64,000 nt of DNA from contig CAWCBP010000001.1 of NCBI GenBank assembly GCA_963793865.1, forward strand, positions 96,001 to 160,000, given 5' to 3'. The notes below the pieces were generated by a model, which searched no databases, was not told the origin of the DNA, and saw only the letters and a program-made list of their open reading frames with translations. This DNA comes from an uncultured delta proteobacterium (GTDB lineage: Bacteria; Desulfobacterota; WTBG01). Below are positions 1-9,859 of this stretch, piece after piece. Position 1 is the stretch's first letter; every line of letters starts with the position of its first letter. The translations under genes and the position numbers were made by a program.

Positions 1-630
1 CCAGTATTGAAGGCGCGGTATATATGTCCGGTTGAGCAGCAGGAAGATGGCTAAAAAAGCGATTCCCTTGGAGAGGGAAACCAGGACGGGGGTGAGGATG
101 TTGGCGCCGGCGTCGGCGGCCAGGGTGGGAATAACCGCGATCATGAGCACTGCCGCGAGGTCCTGGATAATCAGATACCATACCATGAGCCTTCCGTGGA
201 TGGAGTCGATCACCGCCTGGTCGTTGAGAACCTTGATGACAATGGCGGTGCTGCTTAAAGCCGCCAGGCTGCCGACGAACACACCGATGACCAGGCTCCA
301 TCCCAGGAGAACGGTAAGCGCGATCGTACCCAGCGCGGTAAGGGTGATTTGCAGAGTCCCGCCCAGGAGCGCCCGGTAGCCCATGGTAAAAATCCGCTTG
401 GGAGGGAAGCCCAGCCCCAGGATGAACAGGAGCAGGATGACGCCGATTTCCCCCAGCATATTTATCTGCCCGGGATCGCTGATAATCCTAAGGCCGTGGG
501 GGCCGATGATGACGCCGCTCAGCAGGTAGGCAATGATGGTTGACTGCTGCAGTCGGCGAAAGAGCAGACCGCTGCAAAAGGCGGCAAGCAAAAGCAGCAA
601 GATGAGTATGAGGGCCTGCGAAGTGTGCAT
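1..630 (-). CDS. Cation:proton antiporter, CPA2 (KefB/KefC/YbaL-like); 5' part only, runs off the window
   Basis: Manual translation from ATG at 630: MHTSQALILILLLLLAAFCSGLLFRRLQQSTIIAYLLSGVIIGPHGLRIISDPGQINMLGEIGVILLLFILGL, a typical CPA2 N-terminus. Not in the ORF track. Confidence 0.85.
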   Translation of the reverse strand, partial: MHTSQALILILLLLLAAFCSGLLFRRLQQSTIIAYLLSGVIIGPHGLRIISDPGQINMLGEIGVILLLFILGLGFPPKRIFTMGYRALLGGTLQITLTALGTIALTVLLGWSLVIGVFVGSLAALSSTAIVIKVLNDQAVIDSIHGRLMVWYLIIQDLAAVLMIAVIPTLAADAGANILTPVLVSLSKGIAFLAIFLLLNRTYIPRLQYW

Positions 631-702
631 GAAGGACGAGCGAATGAAAGCCGTCAGGCGGCAGGGGAGATGCCCGTTGTGTTCCGTGAAAAGGGCATAT
701 AT

Positions 703-1320
703 CTATTTTTCTTCACTGATGAAACTCAGGTCACCCTTTCCCTTCCGTACCACAACCGGTTCGTCCCCGGTCAGATCAACAATGCTGGAGTGTTCCGCCA
801 CAATGGAACCTCCGTCGATGACCATGTCCAGGGCCTTGCCGTACATCTGGTCAATTTCCTCAGGGTGATTGTAGAGGCTTTCATCGGGCTTGGTAACGCT
901 GGTGGTGATTATGGGATGACCCAGCTCCGTGAGCAGCGCCTGTGATATGGCATTATCGGGAACCCTGATGCCGATCGATTTCTGGTTGGTGAGCATGATT
1001 TTCGGCACCAGCTTGGTGGCCTGGAGAATGAAGGTGTACGCCCCGGGGACCAGGTGCCGCATGATCCGGTATGCGTAGTTGGGAACAAAGGCATATTTGC
1101 TGATATCCTTGAGGTCGGCACAGATGATGCTCAAGCGCTTGCTCTTGAGGTGCTTCTTGAGCTGGCGTATTTTCTGCTGTCCGTCCTTGCGGTAGAGGTC
1201 ACACCCGAGGCCGTAGATGGTATCGGTGGGGTAGGCAATGACCCCTCCCTCCCGCAGCACCTCGACGACCTTCCTGATGAGCCGCAGCTGTGGATTCTGG
1301 GGATTAATGGCTATGATCAT
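703..1320 (-). CDS. YrdC/Sua5/YciO-family threonylcarbamoyl-AMP synthase-like protein
   Basis: GGVIAYPTDTIYGLGC, PGAYTFIL, IGIRVP, TTS and SSIVDLT...RKGKG motifs. Confidence 0.9.
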   Translation of the reverse strand: MIIAINPQNPQLRLIRKVVEVLREGGVIAYPTDTIYGLGCDLYRKDGQQKIRQLKKHLKSKRLSIICADLKDISKYAFVPNYAYRIMRHLVPGAYTFILQATKLVPKIMLTNQKSIGIRVPDNAISQALLTELGHPIITTSVTKPDESLYNHPEEIDQMYGKALDMVIDGGSIVAEHSSIVDLTGDEPVVVRKGKGDLSFISEEK

Positions 1321-1620
1321 GCACTCTGTCCCGGAAATGTATTGTGGTATTTAATATAATATAATGAGGTACAAATAGCAATAAGAAAGGCACATGCTTA
1401 CGGAGGGCCATGCTCTGTCATAACCGTAAACAATAAGCGGACGCGACGGAGCGCGTCCCTCCACATTTAGAGGCAACCGGCCGGTTGCCCCTACAATTAA
1501 GATATTATTATCGTGTTAACCCCCATGCCCCGTGGGGCAACACGAATCATGAAAATTAGGAATGCTATAGAAAGGTCATTCTGCAGTTCGACCGCAGAAT
1601 CCGCTCAAGGCGCTCAGAAA

Positions 1621-3021
1621 CTATACCCTTGCTGTCTGACCGTTCAGCGGGAGGGTGAATTGTATGCAGGTGCCTTTTCCCATCTCGCTTTCCGCGCGGA
1701 TGGCCCCGCCGTGAGCCTCTACAAAGTGCTTGGCGATGGCAAGTCCGAGCCCCGTTCCCCCCGACGTGCGCGACCGTGACCGGTCCACCCGGTAGAAGCG
1801 GTCAAAGATGCGGGGCAGGGCCTCCGGCGGAATGCCGGGCCCCGTGTCCCTGACCCACACCGCTGCCATTGTCCCCTCTCTCCTCATGCCCATTTCAATG
1901 GTGCCCCCTGACGGCGTATAGCGCAATGCGTTGGTGAGCAGGTTGGAGATGACCTGCCCGATCCGCTTGTCATCCATCATGACCGGGGGGATATCTTCAG
2001 GCATGATCCGGCGGAGGGTGACGGATTTTTCCTGGAACTGGAGGATGAATTTTGCCGCTTCCCGGGTGAGAAGCTTTTGCAGCGACGAGGGAGAGGTTTC
2101 GAGCATGAACTGGTTGTTTTCAATCTGGGACATGACGGAGAGATCTTCCACCAGCCGGTTAATGCCCTCCACTTCCTCACATATTGCCTTCAGGTGACCC
2201 TCGCGTTCCTCCTTCGGCATCTCGCGGTCGATGAGTATCTCGGCGTCGGATTGGATGCGCGCCAGGGGCGAGCGTATTTCGTGGGATATGTCGGCAAAAA
2301 GATCTTTGCGGGACTGGTGAAAAGCGGCCAGCCGCTGCGACATCTCGTTGAAGGTTTTGCGCAGCTGGCTGATTTCATCCCGGGACCGCACCTTGACCGT
2401 AACGCCAAAACGCCCCCGGGACACCTCTTTCGCCGCCCTGGTCAGCTCGCGGATGGGCCGCGTCAGGAAGCGGGAGATGACCGCGGTGAACAGGGCGAGC
2501 AATGCCAAAGCCATAATCAGCCCCCGCGGCATTATGATCCGGTCCTCCTTGGTGCGGGGATAGTAGCACTGGAGGAGCGCGGCTTCCCTGTCCCCGCTTA
2601 AAGGAACGGTAACCGAATAGACCCACCTCCAGTTCCGGTAAATGCTTTCAAAGTGTTCACCGCTGCGACGGACTTCATCCAGGAGTGCAGGAGAAATGAC
2701 CTGTACCTCCTCCAGCTTTTCATGAGTGCCTGCCGCCAGTTCATTGCCTTTTGCATCGAAGACCCTGAGGCTTATTCCTTCCTGCCGGTACAGGTCCTGG
2801 ACAATGCCGGAAAGCGGTTCCGAAGAGTCGGCCAGGCGGTCCTGCAGCCGGCGCGCGAGATGTCCGGATTCCATGAGCAGGCTTTTCTTAATGGCGGGGT
2901 GAATCTCCGTATGCGGCCCATAGCTGGAAAACATCAGGAAAATGACCATGGAGGCCAGGGCAATGCTGGCCAGAAAGGAAAGAAGCAGTTTCCAGTAGAT
3001 GCTTTCCCGGAAGCCCAGCAT
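1621..3021 (-). CDS. HAMP-domain sensor histidine kinase (BaeS-like)
   Basis: Two TM segments, HAMP, H-box ADISHEIRSPL, N-box NLLTNALRY, G boxes DTGPGI and GGTGLGLAI. Confidence 0.95.
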   Translation of the reverse strand: MLGFRESIYWKLLLSFLASIALASMVIFLMFSSYGPHTEIHPAIKKSLLMESGHLARRLQDRLADSSEPLSGIVQDLYRQEGISLRVFDAKGNELAAGTHEKLEEVQVISPALLDEVRRSGEHFESIYRNWRWVYSVTVPLSGDREAALLQCYYPRTKEDRIIMPRGLIMALALLALFTAVISRFLTRPIRELTRAAKEVSRGRFGVTVKVRSRDEISQLRKTFNEMSQRLAAFHQSRKDLFADISHEIRSPLARIQSDAEILIDREMPKEEREGHLKAICEEVEGINRLVEDLSVMSQIENNQFMLETSPSSLQKLLTREAAKFILQFQEKSVTLRRIMPEDIPPVMMDDKRIGQVISNLLTNALRYTPSGGTIEMGMRREGTMAAVWVRDTGPGIPPEALPRIFDRFYRVDRSRSRTSGGTGLGLAIAKHFVEAHGGAIRAESEMGKGTCIQFTLPLNGQTARV

Positions 3022-3022
3022 G

Positions 3023-3715
3023 TCATCCTTCCCCGAATTTGTAGCCCGTCCCCCAGACGGTGATTATGTACCGTGGATTTTTGGGCGAGTCTTCTATTTT
3101 TTTTCGCACGTTGCTGATGTGGGCGTCGATGGAGCGATCAAAGAGCTCCAGCTCGCGGTTTCTCACCTCTTCAAGAAGCCGGTCCCGGCTGAAGACCACG
3201 CCCGGCCTGGAAGCGAGAATCCAGAGGAGATTGAATTCCGTACCCGTCAGGGCTATGAGCTTCTTTTTCTTGTGGACCTCTCTTTTCAAAGGGTCAATGG
3301 TCAGCTCGCCCAGCACCAGCGGCTTTTCCTTCACTGACGGGAGGCCGGACCTCGGCGCCGTTCTGCGCAGCTGCGCCTTGACCCGTGCCGCCAGCTCGCG
3401 GAGGCTGAACGGCTTGGTGAGATAGTCATCCGCCCCCACTTCCAGGCAGGCCACTTTATCAGATTCCTCCCCCCGCGCGGTGAGCATGATGATGGGAACG
3501 GGGTTGTCTTTGCGGATTTCCTTCAACACCTCCAGCCCGTCGAGCTCGGGCATCATCAGGTCAAGAATAATGAGGTCCGGCTTGAATGCCTTTACCTTCT
3601 CAAGTCCCTCCGTGCCGTTGAGGGCATACTCGATGCGGTAGTCAAAATCCTTGAGATAGGTCTGGACGTTTTTCACCAGTCGTCCGTCGTCGTCGATGAT
3701 CAGGATTGTATTCAC
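3023..3715 (-). CDS. OmpR-family response regulator
   Basis: IIDDD, LDLMMP, GADDYLTKPF and winged-helix end ITVWGTGY. Confidence 0.95.
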   Translation of the reverse strand: MNTILIIDDDGRLVKNVQTYLKDFDYRIEYALNGTEGLEKVKAFKPDLIILDLMMPELDGLEVLKEIRKDNPVPIIMLTARGEESDKVACLEVGADDYLTKPFSLRELAARVKAQLRRTAPRSGLPSVKEKPLVLGELTIDPLKREVHKKKKLIALTGTEFNLLWILASRPGVVFSRDRLLEEVRNRELELFDRSIDAHISNVRKKIEDSPKNPRYIITVWGTGYKFGEG

Positions 3716-4224
3716 GGGTTCGTGTCTCCGCCCTGGTTATTTTTTTGACTCCATCCCCGGATGGTCTCGATGATGCCTGACGACGAGTGGTCTTTGGGAT
3801 CCCCCACGATGACGGTGTCTCCCCCGTAGGAGAGAACCGTTTTGCGCTCCAGGATTCCCTCCTTGCTGTAATCGGTGCCCTTGGCATGAAGATGCGGCTT
3901 CAGCTGCAGCAGGATGCTGTCCGCGGTCGGCTCGCTGAAAAGGGTGACAAAGTCCACGCAGGAAAGGGCGGCAAGAACCTCCAGGCGCTGGTCCTCGGGG
4001 ATGACAGGGTAATCGTCCCCCTTCAGTTTTTTGAGCGACGCGTCGCTGTTGACCGCGACCACCAGGATATCGCCGTGCCGCCTGGCGTCGGCGAGGCTCC
4101 TGACGTGCCCCACGTGCAGCAGGTTAAAGCCCCCGTTGGTGAGGACGATGCGCTTTCCCTGCTGTTTGAGCGACTCGATAATGCCCGCCAGCTTCTCCCG
4201 GTCTTTAATTATTTTTTGGGACAT
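3712..4224 (-). CDS. Heptose-1-phosphate adenylyltransferase (HldE/RfaE domain II-like)
   Basis: TNGGFNLLHVGH, VAVNSDAS, KGTDY and SSSGII; likely start ATG 4224 (MSQKII). Confidence 0.85.
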   Translation of the reverse strand: MSQKIIKDREKLAGIIESLKQQGKRIVLTNGGFNLLHVGHVRSLADARRHGDILVVAVNSDASLKKLKGDDYPVIPEDQRLEVLAALSCVDFVTLFSEPTADSILLQLKPHLHAKGTDYSKEGILERKTVLSYGGDTVIVGDPKDHSSSGIIETIRGWSQKNNQGGDTNP

Positions 4225-4229
4225 GCCCG

Positions 4230-5246
4230 TTACCGCTCCTGATCCAGCACCTCTTCGCAGGCCTGGAATACCGTTTCCATCCGGATGTTTTTCATGCAGT
4301 CCCGGTGATCGCACTCCCTGAGATAGCAGGGTATGCAGGGCATGCCTTCCGCCCGCACCACCCTGCTGCGCCGGTTCTGCGGCCCCACGTAAAAGGGGTC
4401 GGTGGGACCGAAGAGGGCCACCACCGGAATGTCGTATGACGATGCCAGGTGCATGAAACCGGAGTCAATGCCCACGAACAAAGCTGCATCCTTTATTGCC
4501 AGGCAGAGGGAGCGCAAATCCGCCCCGGTTAAATCAACAAGCCCCTCATCCATGCCGGGACCCGCTTCCCTGAGAGCGGCTATGAGCAGATCATTGTACT
4601 CCCGGTTGTCATCGCCGCCGATGATGACGGGAGCCAGGCCGCGATTACGCCTGAGCCGCGCAATGAGCGCCGCGAACCGGTCGTGCCCCCAGGTCTTCAT
4701 CTGCCGGCGCAGGGATGCCCCCGGGGCGATGATCGCGTATCGTCCCCCCGGCGCGGCGCGATCGCCATCGCGGGCCGCGACCCGGATCAATCCCACATAA
4801 TCATTTTTGTCCACCGGCAGACGCAGTCGCTCCAGGAGTTTGCGGTTGTTGTACCAGCTGTTGTGACCTTCAACCGTTTCTTTTATATCAAGAGCAAGGT
4901 CCCAGGGGAAATGGGAAAACCCCGCCTTTAATCGCGCGCCGCTCAGCGCCGCGATGATGAGCGACTCCTCCGAGCGGGGAAGGGATATGAGCAGGTCATA
5001 CCTGCTGCCGCGCAGGGTGCTGACAAGATGTGCCGTGGCGCCATATCCGCCCTGCCGCTCCAGTATGCGGTCCACGAACGGCGAGTCGGCAAGCAGGCCT
5101 TTCAGATGGGGCTTTGCCACCGAGTCGATACGGGCGCCGGGAAAATTATCGCGGAGGGCCTTGAGGAGGGGAAGGGAAAAGACCAGGTCCCCGATCTGGT
5201 TCAGGTGCAAAACACACAGTGCGGAAGCGCCCTTCAGCGAGGTCAT
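4230..5246 (-). CDS. Glycosyltransferase family 9 (heptosyltransferase-like)
   Basis: IGDLV, APGAS..KTW, VGIDSGFMHLA, VALFGPT and C-terminal CxPC. Confidence 0.9.
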   Translation of the reverse strand: MTSLKGASALCVLHLNQIGDLVFSLPLLKALRDNFPGARIDSVAKPHLKGLLADSPFVDRILERQGGYGATAHLVSTLRGSRYDLLISLPRSEESLIIAALSGARLKAGFSHFPWDLALDIKETVEGHNSWYNNRKLLERLRLPVDKNDYVGLIRVAARDGDRAAPGGRYAIIAPGASLRRQMKTWGHDRFAALIARLRRNRGLAPVIIGGDDNREYNDLLIAALREAGPGMDEGLVDLTGADLRSLCLAIKDAALFVGIDSGFMHLASSYDIPVVALFGPTDPFYVGPQNRRSRVVRAEGMPCIPCYLRECDHRDCMKNIRMETVFQACEEVLDQER

Positions 5247-6445
5247 AGGAAGAAGTTGTCATCCTCCGCCGGTTGGAGATCCTCGGTCCTTCTTTCCGAC
5301 TGTATGAAGTTTTCCATCCACCAGTTGGTGTGATGGTAGAAGCAGGCAATGACCGAGCACTCCTTATCGGCATGAAAGCCGGCGATCGAGCGTGACAGCG
5401 TGCGCTGGGTTTCATCAAAGGCTGCTTTCCCTGCGTAGCCGGCGGGTCCGGCAATCTTTGCCCTGGATACACCGCGGAAGGCGGGGCAGTGGAAGACGCC
5501 GTTGGGTGTGACCACGGTGCTGAAAAACTGCATGTGACACCGCGCGGGCTGACGCTTCAGCTCATCAAGCTCTCCGGAAAGCAGCGCCCGCAAATTCACG
5601 CTGGTAAGTATCTTGATGCGGCCTTCCACGGCGCTCCGCGCCATGGCCAGATTCTTCTCGATGGCCTCACGGATGCGCTTTTCTCCGCCTGCGTCCTCCT
5701 TGTCCAGAAGCGACTCCTTCTGCGTGTCCTGCTGGCGTATGAGGCAGGGCTTGAATGAGATATAGTCAAAGCCGTGATCGGCCGCCAGCCGCGCCGCGAG
5801 ATCCATTTCATCAATGTTTCGGCGGAGCGGCTGCCCGTTGACGGTGATGCCGTCCCAGACAATCACGAAGGAGAAGCCGAGGGTGATGAGGGGATTGCGC
5901 TTTTTGAGCCCTTCCGCGTCCTTGAGCAGCCCTTTAAGGGTGATGGGCGTCCGCGGCTGATGCGAGGCGGCAAAGGTTTCCTCGGTGCCCGCATCGATGG
6001 AAATCCGCACCCAGTCCTCCTTTTCCAGGGAATCAACGATGCCGGCAATGCGGGCCAGCCGTGATCCGTTGGTCACAATGCCCAGCTGGATGCCCCTGCT
6101 CTTGATATGGCCGACGACCGCCTCAAAATCCCGGTGGAGGGTCGGCTCACCGCCGCCGATGAGGATGACCGAGAGAAGCCCCTGCGACCGCAGGGTGTCA
6201 ACCGTGTCGCAGACGATTTCAAGGTCAAGATGTTGGCCGGTGTTGATGATCCCGGAATCGACGCAATGCGGGCAGGCAAAGTTGCAGGCCGAGGTGAGAT
6301 CCAGGTTCACCGATACCGGTCCATACGGGGGAATTCCGCCTTCAGCGCCCCGCTGCCATCTGATGTAAGGCTTGAGCCGTTCTATGACCGACCGCTGGGT
6401 GAGCTTGGTGCTGAAATCATATTCCTTGTGTTTGAGCTTGTCCAT
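5243..6445 (-). CDS. Radical SAM protein with C-terminal SPASM/twitch-like cysteines
   Basis: CNFACPHC, GGGEPTLH, VTNG and later CH...C...C..C. Confidence 0.85.
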   Translation of the reverse strand: MDKLKHKEYDFSTKLTQRSVIERLKPYIRWQRGAEGGIPPYGPVSVNLDLTSACNFACPHCVDSGIINTGQHLDLEIVCDTVDTLRSQGLLSVILIGGGEPTLHRDFEAVVGHIKSRGIQLGIVTNGSRLARIAGIVDSLEKEDWVRISIDAGTEETFAASHQPRTPITLKGLLKDAEGLKKRNPLITLGFSFVIVWDGITVNGQPLRRNIDEMDLAARLAADHGFDYISFKPCLIRQQDTQKESLLDKEDAGGEKRIREAIEKNLAMARSAVEGRIKILTSVNLRALLSGELDELKRQPARCHMQFFSTVVTPNGVFHCPAFRGVSRAKIAGPAGYAGKAAFDETQRTLSRSIAGFHADKECSVIACFYHHTNWWMENFIQSERRTEDLQPAEDDNFFL

Positions 6446-6454
6446 ATCCTGGTT

Positions 6455-7381
6455 TTAGCATGGGGTTTCACAGCACCGGTATATCTGCCGCAGCATCAGC
6501 GTCGTGCCCATAATATGCTCCTTGCCGATGCGGGGCGCCTTCCTGTCCCTGACCGCCGAGATGAAATCCCGGACCGAGAGATCCAGGGGATCCCCTATCT
6601 TAAGCGATTTGTCCTCATAATCAAAGAAAATGTCGTAGCGTTCGAGATCCAGTTTCCGGGTGGCGATTTTGCCGTTGAATCCGAAAGAGAAGTCCCGCGG
6701 CTGCTTGAACTGGCTGGTGAGCCTGATTTCGACTGCGCACCCCGGGCCGTCGCATGCGTAGTCGAAGTAAATGGTCATCTCATCAGCGCGGGCGGTGGTG
6801 GTGAGGTTGCCGATCTCTCCTTCACCGCAGGCGCAATAGAGAAGGCTTAAGGCGTGGGGGACCGATTCCACGATCATCTCCCGCCCGACGCACTGGGGAG
6901 AGAGCCTGATGCAAAAGCTGCCGACGGTTTGTCCGCGGAGCGAACCGCACAGCTCTTCGTACCAGGGCAGGGAAAAAGGCCACTGGGAATTCATGGCCAC
7001 GGTTGCCTGCCGGCGCTCCGCCTCTGAAAAGACGCGGTCAAGCTGCTCCCGGAGATCGGCCGCTTCATCCCAGATGAAGGGCTTTTCGCAAAAGACATGG
7101 AGACCAGCGCTGACTGCCGCCATCAGGTATTCAAAATGGGTGGAGGCCGGAGAGGCGATGGCAACCGCGTCGGGTTGCGCCTCCTGCAGCATCCGGTTAA
7201 AATCGGTGTGCGGAGAGGCATTGATACCGTAATGCCTGAGCGCTGACGCCGCTTCCAGGGCTGTTTGCCCGGTGGTCCCCAGGACGGCTGCAACCTCGGC
7301 CCCGCCCCGGTGAAAATAGTTCGCAATGTAGGCGCCGATGCCGCTTCGCTTTCTTCTTCCCCCGATGAGTGCGATCTTCAC
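6455..7381 (-). CDS. Gfo/Idh/MocA-family oxidoreductase
   Basis: N-terminal Rossmann fold KIALIGG, DAVAIASP..H and HVFCEKP; likely GTG start at 7381. Confidence 0.8.
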   Translation of the reverse strand: MKIALIGGRRKRSGIGAYIANYFHRGGAEVAAVLGTTGQTALEAASALRHYGINASPHTDFNRMLQEAQPDAVAIASPASTHFEYLMAAVSAGLHVFCEKPFIWDEAADLREQLDRVFSEAERRQATVAMNSQWPFSLPWYEELCGSLRGQTVGSFCIRLSPQCVGREMIVESVPHALSLLYCACGEGEIGNLTTTARADEMTIYFDYACDGPGCAVEIRLTSQFKQPRDFSFGFNGKIATRKLDLERYDIFFDYEDKSLKIGDPLDLSVRDFISAVRDRKAPRIGKEHIMGTTLMLRQIYRCCETPC

Positions 7382-8367
7382 TCCTGTTCCTCCGGCCGGC
7401 ACGGGGATGATGCGCCCATGTGACGTTTGCGACGTTTTCTTATGCGCCGGCCCGCCGGATTGCGGTGCTCCCCGGTTTTCGCTTTCTTCCAGCGGTTGTT
7501 AAACCAGAACCACTGCTCCGGGTAATCCCTGACATATTTTTCGATGACCCTGGTATAGGCATCAGTGATGGCATGAGTTTTTTGATCACGGGTTCCGTCG
7601 AGGTCAGGCTCAAGGTGCGGCTCGGCGTATATGTGCTGCATGCCGTTTCCGTCCCGCACGATGAAAACGGGGAGCAGCGCGGCGCCGCTTCGCAGGGAGA
7701 GCACGGCGGGACCGATGGCAGTGGGCGCCGGATGGTTGAAAAAATCGACCACCGTTCCGGAACGCCTCTTGTTTTCATCGGCAAGCAGGCAGACAATTTC
7801 GTTACGCTTGAGACAGCCTAATATCTGCTGCAGGGCCTGCCTCCACGGCTTCAGGTAGATAAATGACCCGCCCTGTTTTTGCTGAACAACGCGAATGGCA
7901 TCTGCCAGGAATGTGTGCCGGGATTCCTTTACCAGCATGGTAAAGGAATATCCCAGCTGGATCATTTTAGCGCTCATCAGCATGAAGTTTCCCATGTGGG
8001 CGCTGACGGCAATGACCCCTCTGCCTCCTGCAAGGGCCCGGTCGATGTTTTCAGCTCCGTGCAGCGTAATCCGGCTCAGGACGCGATCCTTGTTACCGGT
8101 AGCCGAGCAAATGGTTTCCGCCACGTTCAGGCCGATGTTTGTCGCCACGGCTTTCCGTATGCCGCTCAGCTGTTTTCTATCACCGGCCGGTCCGAAGGCC
8201 ATGCGCAGGTTGCCGGCGATCCGCTTCCGGTATCGCCGAAAAAAGAGGAAACAGAAACGGGAGAGGCCCGTACAGAAAGAGGTAAACACGCGTTCGGGCA
8301 GGGCAGTGCTCGTGAAGAGCCCGGCGTGTACCAGCAAACCGAGAATGTAATATTGTGTGCGTTTCAT
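7378..8367 (-). CDS. Lipid A lauroyl/myristoyl acyltransferase family protein (LpxL-like)
   Basis: VSAHMGNF, VDFF..PA, and YPEQWFW..NRWK. Confidence 0.85.
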   Translation of the reverse strand: MKRTQYYILGLLVHAGLFTSTALPERVFTSFCTGLSRFCFLFFRRYRKRIAGNLRMAFGPAGDRKQLSGIRKAVATNIGLNVAETICSATGNKDRVLSRITLHGAENIDRALAGGRGVIAVSAHMGNFMLMSAKMIQLGYSFTMLVKESRHTFLADAIRVVQQKQGGSFIYLKPWRQALQQILGCLKRNEIVCLLADENKRRSGTVVDFFNHPAPTAIGPAVLSLRSGAALLPVFIVRDGNGMQHIYAEPHLEPDLDGTRDQKTHAITDAYTRVIEKYVRDYPEQWFWFNNRWKKAKTGEHRNPAGRRIRKRRKRHMGASSPCRPEEQE

Positions 8368-8585
8368 GGGCTGAATGGGGTGACTTTCTTGCCCTTTTCA
8401 TATCTTATTTTTGCCGGTGATAAAAGAACTTTTTTGCGGCGGCCGTTTGGTACATTGCCATACTATAATAGCGAACGCGCCGTAATTCAAATATTTTTAT
8501 GAAAGATACCGGATTCCTGCCGGACTTGACCTTGCATGAAAAGCGTTTATTGCGTTTCTTTCCTTCTCCAGGGTCTTATCCGAAT

Positions 8586-8613
8586 GTAGGGGCGACCGGC
8601 CGGTCGCCCCTAC
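8586..8613. repeat. GTAG-type REP palindrome GTAGGGGCGACCGGCCGGTCGCCCCTAC (other copies at 9780, 41840, 50475, 54921; degenerate at 1468)
   Basis: Perfect 28-bp palindrome with multiple intergenic copies. Confidence 0.9.
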
Positions 8614-8730
8614 GGATTTTTCAAACCTGCTCATAAAAAATGCCTTACGAATTATCGCAAAAAATGTTAATTTAATATACACTGATGGTCGTTGCATATG
8701 CAATCATACAGCAATGAGGTTTATTGCGGC

Positions 8731-9762
8731 ATGAACAGGCGGTCTTTCCTGCAAAGAATGGCGGCGTGGGGTGCTTTTCTGGGGAGCGGAATGGCAATTC
8801 CCCGCCTGTCCGGAGGGCAGGCGGGGGGTGCAACCTCAGTGCAGGGGTCGTTTGCGGGGAGTAAGCCGCAGGCGGCCGCGGGCATGAAAAGCCGGGTGGT
8901 CACGGTCTGCAACCCGGCCGTCCTCCTGGAGAACAACGGGGTCAGCAGCCGGATTGCCGAGGAGATGGTAACCGCCGGCATGCTGCAACTGACGGGAGAA
9001 TCCGGCGCCGATGACGCGTGGAAGAAACTTTTCAAGCCGGGTGAGGTGGTGGGAATCAAGGTCAACGCCATGGGCGGAACGCTCAGCGCAACCCATCCCG
9101 GCGTGGTAGCGGCCCTTGTCTCCGGGCTGAAGCGGGCCGGCATCCGGGAAGAAAATATCATTGTGTGGGACCGGCTGACGGAGGAACTGGCAAAGGCAGG
9201 GTATGTCATCAATAAATCCGGCGCCGGCGCACGGTGTTTTGGGACCGACAGGGACTATGACTCCTATCCTGAAACCGCCGGCTCCGTCGGGAGCTGCTTC
9301 AGCTCCCTTGTCTCATCCCGCTGCACCGCCCTGATCAATGTTCCGGTGCTCAAGGATCACGACCTCTCGGGCGTCTCCCTGGGTCTGAAAAATTTCTACG
9401 GCGCCATCCACAATCCAAACAAGTACCATGATAATAAATGCGATCCCTTCATCGCCGATCTAAATACCCACCCTTACCTGAAGGATAAACTGAGGCTGAT
9501 TGTCTGTGACGGGATTTCCATGCAGTACAACGGGGGTCCGGCCTTCAAGCCGCAGTGGAACGACCTGTTTTCCACCCTCATGTTCGGGCTTGATCCTGTC
9601 GCCGTGGACCGCGTCGGCTGCAGTCTGATAGAAGAGAAGCGCAGGGAAAAGAGGCTACCCCCGCTCAAGGATGCCGGCAGGGAGCCGGTGCATATCGCCA
9701 CCGCCGCTCAAAGGGGCCTGGGCACGGATGATCCTGCGCGGATCGAGGTGGTGTCGATTTAA
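8731..9762 (+). CDS. DUF362-domain protein with Tat signal
   Basis: MNRRSFLQ Tat motif; VGIKVN, INVPVLKDH..SGVSLGLKN and DPVAVD. Confidence 0.8.
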   Translation: MNRRSFLQRMAAWGAFLGSGMAIPRLSGGQAGGATSVQGSFAGSKPQAAAGMKSRVVTVCNPAVLLENNGVSSRIAEEMVTAGMLQLTGESGADDAWKKLFKPGEVVGIKVNAMGGTLSATHPGVVAALVSGLKRAGIREENIIVWDRLTEELAKAGYVINKSGAGARCFGTDRDYDSYPETAGSVGSCFSSLVSSRCTALINVPVLKDHDLSGVSLGLKNFYGAIHNPNKYHDNKCDPFIADLNTHPYLKDKLRLIVCDGISMQYNGGPAFKPQWNDLFSTLMFGLDPVAVDRVGCSLIEEKRREKRLPPLKDAGREPVHIATAAQRGLGTDDPARIEVVSI

Positions 9763-9859
9763 CACGCAAAAAGGTTTCTGTAGGGGCGACCGGCCGGTCG
9801 CCCCTACATGAGGATAAGAATCTCCCTGAACGCTCTTCCAGGCACTGACGGACCGTATT

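Noticed and set aside
32..945. Plus-strand ORFs at the window start and similar antisense ORFs throughout
   Set aside because: Shadow frames of well-supported genes in GC-rich DNA
8497..8703. Small ORFs containing VGATGRSPL (also 9655-9957)
   Set aside because: These are translations of the REP palindrome
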